A stretch of 64,000 nt of DNA from Octopus vulgaris. Its lineage: Eukaryota. Below are positions 36,553-51,812 of the stretch, one piece after another (within the stretch, counting starts at the first letter, position 1; each line of letters starts with the position of its first letter). The notes beneath the pieces are model-generated. The model made no database searches, was not told where the DNA came from, and saw only the letters and a program-made list of their open reading frames with translations. The stretch lies in NCBI GenBank assembly GCA_951406725.2, contig OX597820.1:117800001-117864000 (forward strand), in the 5' to 3' direction. Both the position numbers and the translations under genes were made by a program.

Positions 36553-37456
36553 AACCAAAAAAAGATAACTCCTCATCAGTTTATTACTGTTTATTACTTC
36601 CTATTTTGGGATTTTAACGACAATATAGAGAACTTCATAAAACAGCAGCATTCAGAAATTTTTTAAATATAAAATTCATGGAGAGTTAGAGCTTCGAACG
36701 AACAAACAATAGGAACAGAGTAGACGTACAGAGTAAACAATCGACGAAGACAAGCATTAAGGGCCGTTAGGTCAAGACGCATTGTAATGAATAACGCATG
36801 TGAGAAATTTTGAAAGGAAATAGAATAAATAGAAGAAAATTGAAGAAAAGATAAAATGTCGGGAGGCGACAGAAACGACGTCCAGTTATGTGCACGTCTG
36901 GTCTAGAAAATACAGAGGCGAGAGAAAAATGGCCACGCAGCCTTGTCCACAGTGAGTTCTTACGTTTATATATAATTTCTGCGACCCCGCATTCTGTTTT
37001 CTTTCCTTCTCTCTATCCCTCTATAATCCTCTTTATTTTCTGTTTCTCCCCTCCTTCTTCGCTGTCCCCTGTCTTTTTTCCACTCCCTACTTTATTTTGT
37101 TCCTTCTCCCTTCTCCTCACCCTCTTTGTTTCTTTCCCTCATCCTCTCTCTTGTTCCCCTCCCCTCTGCCTATTGGTCACACATGACTACAGGCCATTTT
37201 TCTCTCACCTCTGTCTTTTCTGGATCAGACGTGCACGTTGCTGGACGTCATTTCTCTCGCCTCCCGACATTTTTCTCTTCTATTTTCTTTTCTTCTATTT
37301 ATTCTATGTCGTTGGAAGCTCTAACTCTCCATGAATTTTATATTTTAAAAATTTCTGGATGCTACTGGCTTATGAAGTTCCCTATATTGTCCGTTAACAG
37401 CACTTAATAGGAGTAATAAACTGTTGACAACTGATGAGGAGTTATCTTCCTTTGGT
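36553..37456. repeat. Long imperfect inverted repeat (pLTR-like) downstream of the Penelope RT
   Basis: Arm 36553-36934 mirrors 37192-37456 (e.g. ttcatggagagttagagctt / aagctctaactctccatgaa); the left arm has ~120 extra bp. Confidence 0.75.
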
Positions 37457-37547
37457 ATTTTGTCCCGTACTTGTTTCTCGTTGTGTTTACGTATTCTTCA
37501 CTCGTTGTTGATGTCCTGTACTTTATAATGTATTTCATATATATGTA

Positions 37548-38732
37548 CAGGGGTTGGACAAAATAATGGAAACACCTAGCATCATAGCATCACAATTTTG
37601 AAATATCTATAAAACCGTCAAAAGCTTTTTTATTTTTATGTTTTTGATTTATTATTAGTGTTGCTTAATATGTTTTGCTGAAATTGCTGTTTCTTTTCAG
37701 ATATCATCAGAAAAAGGTAATTAAAATTCATTAAAATGACAGATGTATCGGACTTTCAAAGAGGCCAAATTGTTGGTGCTCGTATGGCAGGTGCTAGCGT
37801 AACGAAAACAGCTGAAATGTTTGGTGCATCAAGAAGTACTGTTTTGAAAGTAATGACAGCCTTTGAGAAAGAGGGAAAAACCTCCTCGTCGAAATAAAAC
37901 TCCAGAAGAAAACCTAAACTTTCAGATAGGACTGTCGGACTCTTACGCGAATTGCTAAAAAGGATCACAAAAGAACAGCTGCCAAAATTACTGCAGAGCT
38001 TAATGACCACTTCGAGAATCCAGTTTCCACAAACCAAATTTCACGGGAGGGCTGCAATTAGAAAATCACGACGTTGCAAAGCGTTTAGAGTAAAAACCTA
38101 CAGAATCGGTCCCTTGAGCAGTGGAAGAATGTTATTTTCTCGGATGAGTCATCTTTTACCCTATTTCCGATCACCGGCCGAGTATACATGTGGAGACAGC
38201 CAAAAGAAGCATTTGACCCATACTGATTTCTTCCAACTGTTAAACATGGTGGGAGATCTGTAATGATCTGGGGATGGAAATCCGCCGGCCCAATAATTTC
38301 CCTTCATGGCAGAATTAATAGTCAAGACTATTTAATCATTTTATCTTATCAAATTCATCCTATGTTTGCGGAACTGTTTCCGGAGGGAAATGCAACCTTT
38401 CAGGATGCTATTGCACCAATTCACACAGCTAGAGTTGTTACTGAATGGCACGAGGAACATTTTAGTGAAATTGAACATTTTATCTGGCCACCACAGTCCC
38501 CAGATCTCAATATTATTGAACAATTACGGTGCATTTTAGAAAAACATGTAAGAACTGGAGACTGTTTTAGCCGAAGAATGGAGAAAAATTCCTTTGGAAA
38601 CAATTCAAAGTTTGTACGAGTTCATACCTCGTAGAATTCAAGCTGTAATTACTGCCAAAAGCGGTCCTACCCCATATCAAAATTAATTTATTTGAAATTT
38701 TAAGCTGTTTCCATTATTTTGTCCAATACTTG
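37548..38732 (+). mobile_element. Tc1-like DNA transposon with both TIRs, defective transposase
   Basis: TA|caggggttggacaaaataatggaaaca ... tgtttccattattttgtccaatacttg|TA; ATG 37736 MTDVSDFQRGQIVG, VIFSDES, FQDAIAPIH, WPPQSPDLNIIE; stop and frameshifts present. Confidence 0.92.
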
Positions 38733-38749
38733 TATATACATACATACAT

Positions 38750-39385
<636 letters not shown>

Positions 39386-39387
39386 AA

Positions 39388-39877
39388 GCCAGTAATTTTA
39401 CGGGAGGGGGAGATGAGTCGATTACATCGACCCCAGTGTTCAACTGGTACTTATCGATTCCGAAACGGTGAAAAGTAAAGTCGACCTCGGCGGAACTTGA
39501 ACTCAGAACGTAAAGCAGAAAGAAATGCCGTCAAGCATTTCGTCCGGCGTGCTAACGTTTCTGCCAGTTCGCCGCCTTAGAATATTATTCTTACACAGCT
39601 TTAATCACTTACGTACGTTTCAAATGGTTTGAGGAACTGTTTCCGCACCATACGATAGTTTACCTTTTAACTTTTACTCATTTCAGCCTTTGAACTGCGG
39701 CCATGTTGGAGCATCACCTTCAAGAAATTTAGTCGAAGGAATCAAGCCCATTACTCATTTTTAAAATACTTTTTAGAGCCTGGTACTTATTCTAACGGAC
39801 TCCTTTTGCCGAAGCGCAAAGTTACGGGTACGTAAACACAACGACAGCAGTCGTCAAGCGGTGGTGAGGGACAAATT

Positions 39878-39929
<52 letters not shown>

Positions 39930-40061
39930 ACGGTCTTCTTTCAGTTTTCCTCTACCAAATCCACTCAAAAGGCTTTAGGCGGCCCAGGGTGTCACGCACT
40001 GGGTTGAACCTGGAACCACGTGGTTGGGAAGCAAGCTTCTTACCACACAACGACGCCTGCC
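39388..40061 (-). mobile_element. SINE family C (39388-39580) and diverged family B (39663-40061)
   Basis: Family consensus blocks. Confidence 0.7.
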
Positions 40062-40789
40062 TTTATACATGCAAAATCTATCAATTAATTAATCAAATCA
40101 ATTAATTAATTAATACAACAGTTATCTGCCAATCATGCTCACCAGAGCATAAAAATTATTCTATTATTTTTTGAAATCTACAACAAACAAAATGTGTGGA
40201 AGGAGAATGCAGAGAACGGCCATATCAGATTAGCTTCTCGGATTTAGTATCTCCTTGCCAAATTCAAAATCTTAGGGGGTCAAGATGTCATTGTTAGTTT
40301 TCTCTATCTATGGCAACGTGTCTGTTCTCTTTTCAACCTTCCCTCCTCACCACTAAGGGGGCAGAGTTTCACTTCCTCCATGAGTAGCGTTCCACTAACC
40401 TTCACGTGACGTGATTCCAGTTAGAGACGAAGATTTGGCGCAGTCATTAGATGCGAGAATATTTCTTGCCGTATTTGCCCCGGGTACTTGCGCTCCGAGT
40501 TCAAGTTCTTGTCTTTCACCTTTTCAGGACTGATAAATATAGAACCAGTCCAGGGCAGTCGATTGGTGGGGCAACCACTAAAGAGATTATTTGATAACTC
40601 ATTTAAAATAAGTTTCATGGCTAAGTAGAGTTTAGCAGGGGAAGAGGCGGGAGCAGTGTATGATAAACATGTGTTCTATACACTTGTGCCACGCGTACAC
40701 GAATGAGTGTCAGCATGCATATATATGCATGTCTTGTGGTGGGTGGCATGTCGTTAGTTTCTGCCGACGAAATTGTAACTTCTCGCCTT

Positions 40790-41742
<953 letters not shown>

Positions 41743-42400
41743 CAGAGGTTCTTGTGACTCTCTGTCGCCACCCAATTCCATTATTGCGAATTGGAACTGG
41801 GAGCTGGAGACTTCGTGAATCTTTTATTCGCTGATTACGCAACCGTGGACGCCGCCGCCGCCGCCGCCGCTATGGATGCGATGCAGTTCCTCTCTTGGTA
41901 GACCTTGCTGATTCTGATCGTTGATCTTCTAGGATTCCTCCGCTCAGCATTAATGTAAGACGCACCATTGGCTCTCCATGTCTTCACCGTATCCCTGGCC
42001 GGGTGGCTGAACGGGTGCGAAAGGCAGGCCGTAACTATGCAGGGCACGGTCGTCACCCAAAGAGGTATTTTCACAGTACCCTCATACCCGGTATATTATA
42101 CTATACTTTGATACTGCTTGGACTGGGATCCTCGTTGCCAGGTCACACGTATGCCATTGTAATTACTTGAAGTGTTTAAGCTTACTAATTTGGACGGTCA
42201 ACAGACGGAATGTCACTTTGGTGCAATGGTAAGGACATCTGTGACTGTTTACAGCAGATATCGCCTTTGAATGTTTCGTAGATAATGTTAGATATCACAT
42301 CTCATGTATGTATGTCTTATATCACACACACACGCACACAAATGTATGTATGTATGTATGTATGTATGTATGTATGTATGTACGTACGTGTGTGTGTGTG

Positions 42401-42475
<75 letters not shown>

Positions 42476-42837
42476 TAAATATATACTTTGTTTTTTCTAA
42501 GAAGGTAACCGAAACGTAAAATTTCTACAGAAAATTAAAATAAATTTATCTTTTATATAGACTGCTGTTGCTTGTGAGTGATTGAAAGCCTTTCCTCACT
42601 TTAAATAAATACCGGCAATACACGATAACAATATTGATTAAGCTTCGTGCAATGGCCATACTCGATAACGAGGGGGCAGCCACCATGTATGTATGTATGT
42701 ATGTATGTATGTATGTATGTATACATAAATATATACATGTTTTTCAAAAGAACCGAAACATGTAAAATTTCTAGAAAATTAAAATAAATTTATCTTATAT
42801 AGAGGCGTTTTCAAACTTTTTTTTATAAATAAATAAA

Positions 42838-43325
<488 letters not shown>

Positions 43326-43368
43326 AAAAAAAAATAAAAGGGAAATATGTATATATGTATGTATTTGT

Positions 43369-43589
43369 ATATTCTGTTGTGTCTGGGTAGAGTCATTCTC
43401 TTTCGGTGCCTTATAATTTAACGCACTCACCACTAAACTTTCCACTCTTTTACTTATTTATTTTTCTAAACTTTTCGTTTCGTCTGCAACCTTTTCAGTA
43501 GTTTTGTCTCTGTTCGTTACAAAACTGTTGAAAAGGTTAAATTATAAGGCACTAAAAGAAAATGACTCTCCCCAGACACAACAGAATAT
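43369..43589. mobile_element. Fold-back element (54-bp outer arms, 20-bp nested arms) with hammerhead-like motif
   Basis: Outer arms 43369-43422 / 43536-43589; inner arms 43488-43507 / 43519-43538. Confidence 0.75.
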
Positions 43590-43987
43590 GCTTCAACACA
43601 CGAACTCATATAAAGAATCTTGCAAACCAAATCCAAAAGCGAAATATATATATGTATATATATATGTATATATAAATGTGTGTGCATGTACGCACGTGTG
43701 TGTGTATATGTGTGCGTGTGAATCATTAGTTTGTGAAAGAATCTGGCTAATGTCGGCCATAAGTCACATTCCTTCTTTCCGTGTCATCTCATTTACTAGC
43801 AGACAACAGGCAAAACTAAGAAAGAAAATAACAAAATATGGCTTTCCTTTCTGTAGAGACATTATTCCTATCTTGGCACCACAACTGTTATGAACTTATA
43901 CCTTCATTTTGTCTTTATCATATACTTATCTCCGCATAGAAATTTTAATGAGCGAAACTTTTCGATAGAACTTTTGCACCAAATTTC

Positions 43988-44041
<54 letters not shown>

Positions 44042-44799
44042 CGTGCGCGCGGACGGACGCACGCTCCAATATGTCTTAATTTTCTTCCATTTCTCAGAAT
44101 GCTGCGCCATCTAAGTTATGATTTCCCCATTCGATTTGGCAGAAAATCAGGCCCCCCTCCGTTCCAGCTGAACTTTAACACGACAGCCATGTATTCGCAA
44201 AACAATCCCATCCCCAACCTTGGGAAAATGTTTTATTGGATCACAACCTCTAGTACAACGTATAATCGATTTAAGAAAGCTTTCTGATTTTGAAAACTCT
44301 AAGGGAATTCAATCTAATCTATTTGATTTTCATTGCTGGTTTCCTTTAACCCTTTCAATATAGAGTTAGATGTGAGTTCACACAAAGTTTTAGACTTCCT
44401 GACGAAGAAATTAGTATTAATGTGATAGTTTCTGCTAAAAGTTTAGCATCTCCGTTGGCTGGGGAAATATTCCTCTCTTTATTGTCACATAAATCTTACG
44501 TTGAATAACTTATTCAGTAGGATATTACGAGTGGCTTTTTTCTCGTTTACATTCGTTGAATGCTGTGTATACTTTCGGAATTCTCTTACACATCCTATCA
44601 AACATCTTCCACTGTTGTACACGCCTGTTCAGATATAAGTAGTCATGTATTTATATGTAAATGCATAAATGCATACACGTACGCACGTATATATATCTTC
44701 GTACGTACATACACACGTAGAAACGTATGTATGTATGTATGTATGTGTCTACACACACACACATACACACAAGTCCGCGCATGCACACACATATATAAA

Positions 44800-45036
44800 T
44801 ACCTATTTCTTTACTACCTACAAGGGGCTACACACAGAGAGGACAAACAAGGACAGACAAACGGATTAAGTCGATTACATCGACCCCAGTGCGTAACTGG
44901 TACTTATTTAATCGACCGCGAAAGGATGAAAGGCAAAGTCGACCTCGGCGGAATTTGAACTCAATACGTAGTGGCAGACGAAATACCGCAAAGCATTTCG
45001 CCCGGCGCACTAACGTTTCTGCCAGCTCAACGCCTT
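44800..45036 (-). mobile_element. SINE family C
   Basis: Full-length reverse copy. Confidence 0.8.
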
Positions 45037-45152
45037 ACATATATATAAATAGAAGCGCAGACATGGCTGTGTGGTGAACACGATCTCTTTCCAGCCACCT
45101 GGTTTCCAGTTCAGTTCCTTTGCACGGCATATTGAGTAAGCAAGGAAGCCCG

Positions 45153-45277
<125 letters not shown>

Positions 45278-45560
45278 TATGTATGTATGTATGTGTATAT
45301 ATATATATGTGTGTGTGTATGTATATATATTCGACGAGCTTCTTATATATATATATATGTGTGTGTGTATATATATATATACGACGAACGTCTTTGTGTG
45401 TGTGTGCGTCTGTGTGTAAGCCGTGTGTTAAGAAGTTTACTTCCCAGCCACAGAGTTCTGAGTTCAGTCCCATTGTGTGGCACCTTGGGCAAGTAACTTC
45501 TACTATAGCCTCGGGCCGTCCAAATCTTGTCAATGAATTTGGTAGACGGAAAGCCCGTTG

Positions 45561-45619
<59 letters not shown>

Positions 45620-45698
45620 TTGTGTGAGTGTATGAATAAGTGGATGAAAAAACGAAAGTAGTTCTCAACACATTTGTAATTAATAACACTTTCACTCA

Positions 45699-45760
45699 TC
45701 TCCGCATTACTTAATGTTTCGTGGGCGTAGAACACGGCCTCATCATCAGAGGTTCGGAGA
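45699..45760 (-). ncRNA. Degenerate hammerhead motif at the 3-prime end of a Penelope relic
   Basis: tctccg..CTGATGA..ggc..gcc.cac GAAA c-attaa-g-TA..cggaga. Confidence 0.45.
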
Positions 45761-45787
45761 GAGATTGAGAGAGAGCGAGGGGGTGAG

Positions 45788-45824
<37 letters not shown>

Positions 45825-46219
45825 AAGAGAGGGAAAAAGACAGAGAATTTAAAACATTGCAATGATGGCTTCATATAAAACTATTTAAATTTCCAACAGC
45901 TAGTTCAGGTCACGTGGTTGTTTTTAATACCATTTCGACATCAATTTTATTGGTAGATCCTCGTGGTGGAGCAGAAAGGATGCTGACGTCACTATGAAGG
46001 CATTCTGCAGAATATGGTAATTCAGCGACATCACCTCTTTATACGTAGTCGGACAGGTAACCGCTTCGACTGTGTCAGGTTAGATATGAATTTGTGTGAT
46101 CAGCATGAGTGAAAGAAGGTTGTATATACGATAGAATGAAAGAAATATGTACTCTAGTTTGCGAGGACCAGTTAGGCTGAGGGTGGTATATTCGAATTAT
46201 TAGTGGCCAGTGGCTTGAA

Positions 46220-46930
46220 ATTCACACCCAGGGTGTACCTCTGGTGGCAACAATAAGATAGGTAAACTTTCTGTTGATGGAGACAGCGGTTTGGTGGAAT
46301 ATGTGTAGTTTCTCATGGGGGGAGTGGGCAATGCACGAACTCCAGATGCATGAGGAGGGGCCGTGTAAAGGATGCTTCATGTGATCTTGGAGAAATCGTT
46401 TCGATGTTCCCAGAGCCTCTAGTTGTGATAGATCTTTCCTTGCTACTAAAGATGTGCCTGTGTTGTATCTTTCCTTAGACTTCTTGGCTGTTTGGCTGCT
46501 ATACATCTGTAGTATCTCGTGATATTATTGTATCGTGTGAGGGGTGGCTCTATAGAGACCAATTTTTGAAGATGAAGATCTTCTTGTTGGGCAGGTGGTA
46601 GGATTTCAGTAGTTACAAGTTGGAGCAGATAGTGAAGACTGAGTGGGTGCGTGTTAGCATCTGTTGTTGCGTGCATTGGTGGAAACGATATTATCTAAGC
46701 ACGTGTAGCTAACCTTGAAGTTATGGGAATTAAAGAGTTTATGGTGCGTATGGGTTTTTGGGAAATGTTTTCTAATTAGCGCCAGGAATCTTCTAGCGAT
46801 ATTAGCGGAAACATCTAAATTGAATGGAAGATTAAACCAGATTACTTTTTTCTTTCTGACTCTCTTTACTAATTTAACAGAAAAGTTCGATTGTTTCAAA
46901 CCTATACCAATTTGTGCAACGAACAAGTAG
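46220..46930 (-). mobile_element. Penelope-like element ORF C-terminal fragment
   Basis: VIWFNLPFNLDVSANIARRFLALIRKHFPK..HKLFNSHNFKVSYTCLDN matches the PLE RT-to-endonuclease linker (IIWFNPPFS..NIG..FL..I.KHFP..KIFN...KVSYSC). Confidence 0.8.
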
Positions 46931-47502
46931 TCGAAGTATGGTAAAAAGTTTCAAGATACCTCAGTTTTCAAATTGAGGAAAAAAGTAAAACACGAAAACA
47001 ATAAAGCTTCGTGAAAATAGTGCCATGCTGGAATGCGAGCTCACAAAACCGATTTAGTATGCACATTTCTTCAGTTAAACAAAATGAAATAATGCCGTAA
47101 TCAGCTCAAATGCATAATAAACTCTCAAAGCTTTTTCCAACAGCAAAATAATAAAATTAGAATTACTGTTAAGTTGTATTTGAAGCCTGGCCTGATAGTA
47201 TTTAGGAGAACCTATTAATTAAAAAGACTCCACCTGAGAAATTGGAACGGCACGAATAAAAAAATGTTATTGCCTTTTCCTTTCTGAAAGGACAAATTGG
47301 AGATAAAAGTAATATTTAGTTCGTAATTTTGGGCGATATTATTTACGAAAAGTATCTTTTTGTGCGTTAAATATTGCAATGAATAGCAAAATAAAATTGT
47401 ATCCTTTTTTTTTTTTTTGTTTGGTTTTTAGCATGGTGAATTCTTGAAACAAAAACTGCCGCCGAATTGCTGCTGTATGAAGTCATGAAAAAGTTCTTCT
47501 TT

Positions 47503-48575
47503 AAGGCATCGAGCTGGCAGAAACGTTAGCACACCGGGCGAAATGCGTAGCCGTATTTCGTCTGCCGTTACGTTCTGAGTTCAAATTCCGCCGAGGTCGA
47601 CTTTGCCTTTCATCCTTTCGGGGTCTATTAAATAAGTACCAGTTACGCATTGGGGTCAATGTAATCGACATAATACCTTTGTCTGTCCTTGTTTGTCCTC
47701 TCTATGTTTAGCCCCTTGTGGGTAATAAGGAAATAGGTATTTCGTCTGTCTTACGTTCTGAGTTCAAATTCCGCCGAGGTCGACTTTGCCTTTCATTCTT
47801 TCGGGCTCGATAAATTAAATACCAGTTGCGTACTGAGTCAATCTAATCGACTGGCCCCCTCCCCCAAAACTTCGGGCCTTATGCCTAGAGTAGAAAAGAA
47901 TATTCTTTCAAATTTTGGTACAAGGCCAGCAGTTTTACAGAGAGAGAATCACATCGATTCCAAGCACAACTGGTTCTTATTCTATTGACATCGAAAGCAT
48001 GACAGGTTAAGTCGATCTCGGTGAAATTTGAACTCAGAATGTAAAGCCAGAAGAAATGTCGTTAGGCTTTTTTTTTTTTCGCCCCGAGCGATAACGATTC
48101 CTGCGAATTCTCCACCTTCTTTGTAAGAATAAATGATGGTTCCAAATTTTGCTACAAGGCAAGTAATTTCGGGTGGGTGGGGTAAATCGATTATATCGAC
48201 CCCAGTGCTTAACTGGTACTTATTTTATGGACCCCGAAAGGATGAAAGGCAAAGTTGACTTCGGCGAAATTTGAATTCAGAACTTAAAGACAGACGAAGT
48301 ACCGTTAAGTATTTTGCCCAGCACGCTAAGGATTCCACTAACCCACCGCCTTAGTGTAGCAATAAAAATCAAAAGCTATCTTCAAGGCGGAACCCGGCAG
48401 AATCAAGGGACAAAATACTTAAAGGCTTTTCTTCTGGTTTTATATTCTGAGCTCAAATCCCGCCGAGGTCGACTTCATTCTTTCAGGGTCGATAAATTAA
48501 GTACCAGTTAATTACTAGGTCGGAATAACCGATTTACTCGCTCCGCTCAAAATTGCCGGCCTTGTGCCAATCTTA
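47503..48575. mobile_element. Cluster of SINE family C copies in both orientations
   Basis: Dimer on + at 47503-47900; minus copies 47905-48120 and 48140-48352; plus copy 48383-48575. Confidence 0.75.
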
Positions 48576-48989
48576 AAAAATAGTAAAAACTTTATTACTA
48601 TTGCAACAGACCATTGGTGGCGATAATTCTCTCTCCACGTTGATAGAGTTATATAACCCAAACTTGATTCTCACGAAAGGCATTTACCATCTTTCCATTT
48701 AACATATTTCTACGTTGCCGAAGAATTACTTTCTTCATTGACCATTCGTTAAGAGAAACTTTCATCTGGTTCCACAGATCAACAACGTGAAGAGGTTCAT
48801 ACTTGGGAATATATCAATTAATTATTGCAGATAATGAGTCATTGAGAAGGCGGATCCTTCTTTCATCCATAAAATGGTTAGCGAGAAATAACCAATAACA
48901 GAGAACTCATATCCAGTGAGATGCATTGAGATTACATTTTCAAATGGAATTTTCTAGTTGAGACAAGCGTGATAACGGAATTACATGTT

Positions 48990-49610
48990 GTGTGCCAATA
49001 TGTTGTTCATGAATTTTATTTGACATTTACGATGCTTGATAAAAGATATTGGGTCTGTTGCTATGGTAACGGAGATAAAATACGCAGAGTGAAACCGCTT
49101 GGCGCAGATTGACCTTGCATTTTGCTGCGCATAGACACAAGTTTATAACGTTCTCGCTCAGTTTCGTTGTTTATGGCAATGCTTGGAAATAAAGTGTGTA
49201 GAGTGTGGTTGTCTCGAAAAGGAGATCAGTTTTCAGCTGTGCAGAATCTCCTTGATTGTTTCGAAAAGGATAGAGACTTTTTTGATGCTGGGCATAACAA
49301 GTGACGAATTGTCGGTCTGTGGCTATGACTCGGAAACCAAGGCTTGGAATGAACCGTACTTGAAAGGAATAAGGTTTCAATACGTCGATGAAACCCAAGA
49401 GAATGCGACGAGGCTGCTACTCGCTCTCCCTAAAAAGGGAGTTCCAACGACACTGGCTAAAGTGTGTGACTTCAGAAGGAAGGGGAGCACTTCGAAGGAG
49501 TCCCCTTCCATTTGGGGATGACTTCAAAGGAGATTAAACACCAAAATGATATGTTTTGTACTTTTCTTTTTATAGCACCGGCCCCGATAATCTTTGTTCA
49601 GACCTCGCAT
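48990..49610 (+). mobile_element. Internally deleted mariner relic
   Basis: ITSDELSVCGYDSETK (ITGDETWVYGYDPETK-like) fused to LKGIRFQYVDETQENATRLL; ends ctttgttcagacctcg. Confidence 0.6.
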
Positions 49611-49620
49611 GAAAAATATA

Positions 49621-51063
49621 TTAGTTTGGCAACTAAGTTCCCGCTGATTTTTTAAATTTAAATTTTAAAAAAGTTTTAAGAAAAAATAACAACTAATTAA
49701 TCAATAATGTATTCACCCTTGTTGTTTACAACTTCTTCCCAACGTTCAACAAGATTTTCATTACCTCGTTGGTAGAACTCACACGTTTTCGACTTGAAAA
49801 CTTGATAAAACCAAGCTCTCAATTCTGCATCAGTATTGAACGAAACTCCGCGCATAGCATTTGAAAGAGATCGAAAGAGGTGGAAATCCATTGGTGCCAA
49901 ATCAGGAGAATACAGCAGGTACTCTGCGCATAGCATTTGAAAGAGATCGAAAGAGGTGGAAATCCATTGGTGCCAAATCAGGAGAGTATGGCAGGTACTC
50001 TGCGCATAGCATTTGAAAGAGATCGAAAGAAGTGAAAATCCGTTGTTGCCAAATCTGGAGAGTACGGTGGGTGTGGCAGCACTTCCCAGGCATGCGTTTG
50101 AGTGGCTTCCTTGGTCATATTGGTGATATGAGGTCGGGCGTTGTCGTGCAGCAGAAGAACTCCATGCTGACGATTAGGTCTTTTCTCTTGAATAGACGTG
50201 TTGAGTCGTTCCATCTGTTGAACACAGAGTTCCGCGTTGACCGTTTGGTTCCGTTCAAGCAATTCGTAATGGATAATCCCTTCCCAGTCCCACCATACGC
50301 ACAACATTGTTTTACGCGGATGAAGATCTTATTTCACGCGCGGTGTCGCTTGTTTACCGAGGCTAAGCCTTTCCTTACGCTGCTTCATATTGATGTACAG
50401 GCATCTTTTTTCGTCGCCAGTAACGATTCAGTGAAGAAATCGTTGCTTGTGTCTATGAGTTGAGCGGTGAGGAGCAAACAAACCAGCGGAGATTGTGGCT
50501 CGTTGATTTTTGTTGTTGTCACTTAAAGCATGCGGAACCCATGCTCCATACTTCTGAACCTTTCCCATCGAGTGAAGTTGCTTCTCTATAACAGTGTGGG
50601 AGCATTCCATTTTCTCTGCCAGTTCCCTTGTTGTGCAAAAGTTGGTTTAATCGCTCTTCATCGAACTCAACTGGACAGCCAGAACGAGGTACGTCTTTAA
50701 GGTCAAAACTTCCAGTTTTGAACTTGGTATATCAATCCCGAGTGGTTCTTTCAGCTATGGCACCTTCTCCATACACAGCAGAAATGTCGCGAGCAGCTTT
50801 TGCGACCTTAGAATCTTGATTTCAAGCATAAAGAAGGAGGTGTCGAAAATGCGCGTTTTTTAAAACTTGACTTCCATTTTGATGATGTGAAAATAAACAA
50901 AAATTAACTAAAATTAACTAGAAAAAACCCCCAAATAAAACACAAAATAGATTTCAAAATGATTCAAAGATAGAATTCTCGAAAAAAATAGATTCCAAAA
51001 TTTAAAAATGCAATAAATTCCAAAATTTAAAAAAAAACGGCGGGAACTTAGTTGCCAACCAAA
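49621..51063 (-). mobile_element. mariner transposon with TIRs, TA TSD and defective transposase
   Basis: TA|ttagtttggcaactaagttcccgc ... gcgggaacttagttgccaaccaaa|TA; WVPHALS, IVTGDEK, WWDWEGIIHYEL, LHDNARPH, YSPDLAP.D. Confidence 0.92.
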
Positions 51064-51339
51064 TAAATAAAATAACTGGTGGATCACCATGGAAACCGAG
51101 ATGAATTCTTCAGTTTCGCATTAGTTTTGCAAGAATTTTCCTTTCTAAGAATTTTGCTTTCTTAATTTAGATATTGCATTGCAGGATCTCGAATGGGAAG
51201 AAATTGACTCTGGATACAAGTTATGTCATGGTTTACTCTTAGAACTTCTATTTCTGTCTTGAGTTTTTTTCTTCTTCTTTTAGTAAATATAAATGTTTAC
51301 ACGCATGCTTGGGAGTAAGATTTCACGAATAATTTTTTA

Positions 51340-51812
51340 TGAGAGAGAGAGAGAGAGGGGGAGACAAAGAAGGGTAAAGAGAGAGTGTGCGTGAGAGAGA
51401 GAAAGATAGAGAAAGAGCGAGAGAGAGAGTGAGAGAGAGAAAGAGAGAGAAAGAATGAGTGAGAGAGACGGTGAGAGAAAGAGTGTGTGAGAAAGAAAGA
51501 GTGAGAGAGAGTGAGAGAGAAAGACTAAGAGAGAGAGAAAGAGAGAAAGTGACAGAAAGATTGAGAGAGAAAGAAAGAGAGAGAAAAAAGGGTAGTGGGA
51601 GAGTGAGAGAGAGTGCGTGTGAGAGAGAGTGTGTGTATGTGTGAGAGAGAAAGAGTGAGAGAGAGTGTGAGAGAAAGAAAGACTAAGAGAGAGAGAGTGA
51701 GAGAGAAAGAGAGAGAGAAAGAAGGGAGAGAGATAGTGTTATGAGGGAGAGAAAGAGAGAGAGAGTGTGTGTGAGAGAAGGAGTGAGAGAGAGAGAGAGA
51801 GTGTGTGTGTGT
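51340..51812. repeat. (GA)-rich compound microsatellite
   Basis: Direct reading. Confidence 0.9.
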
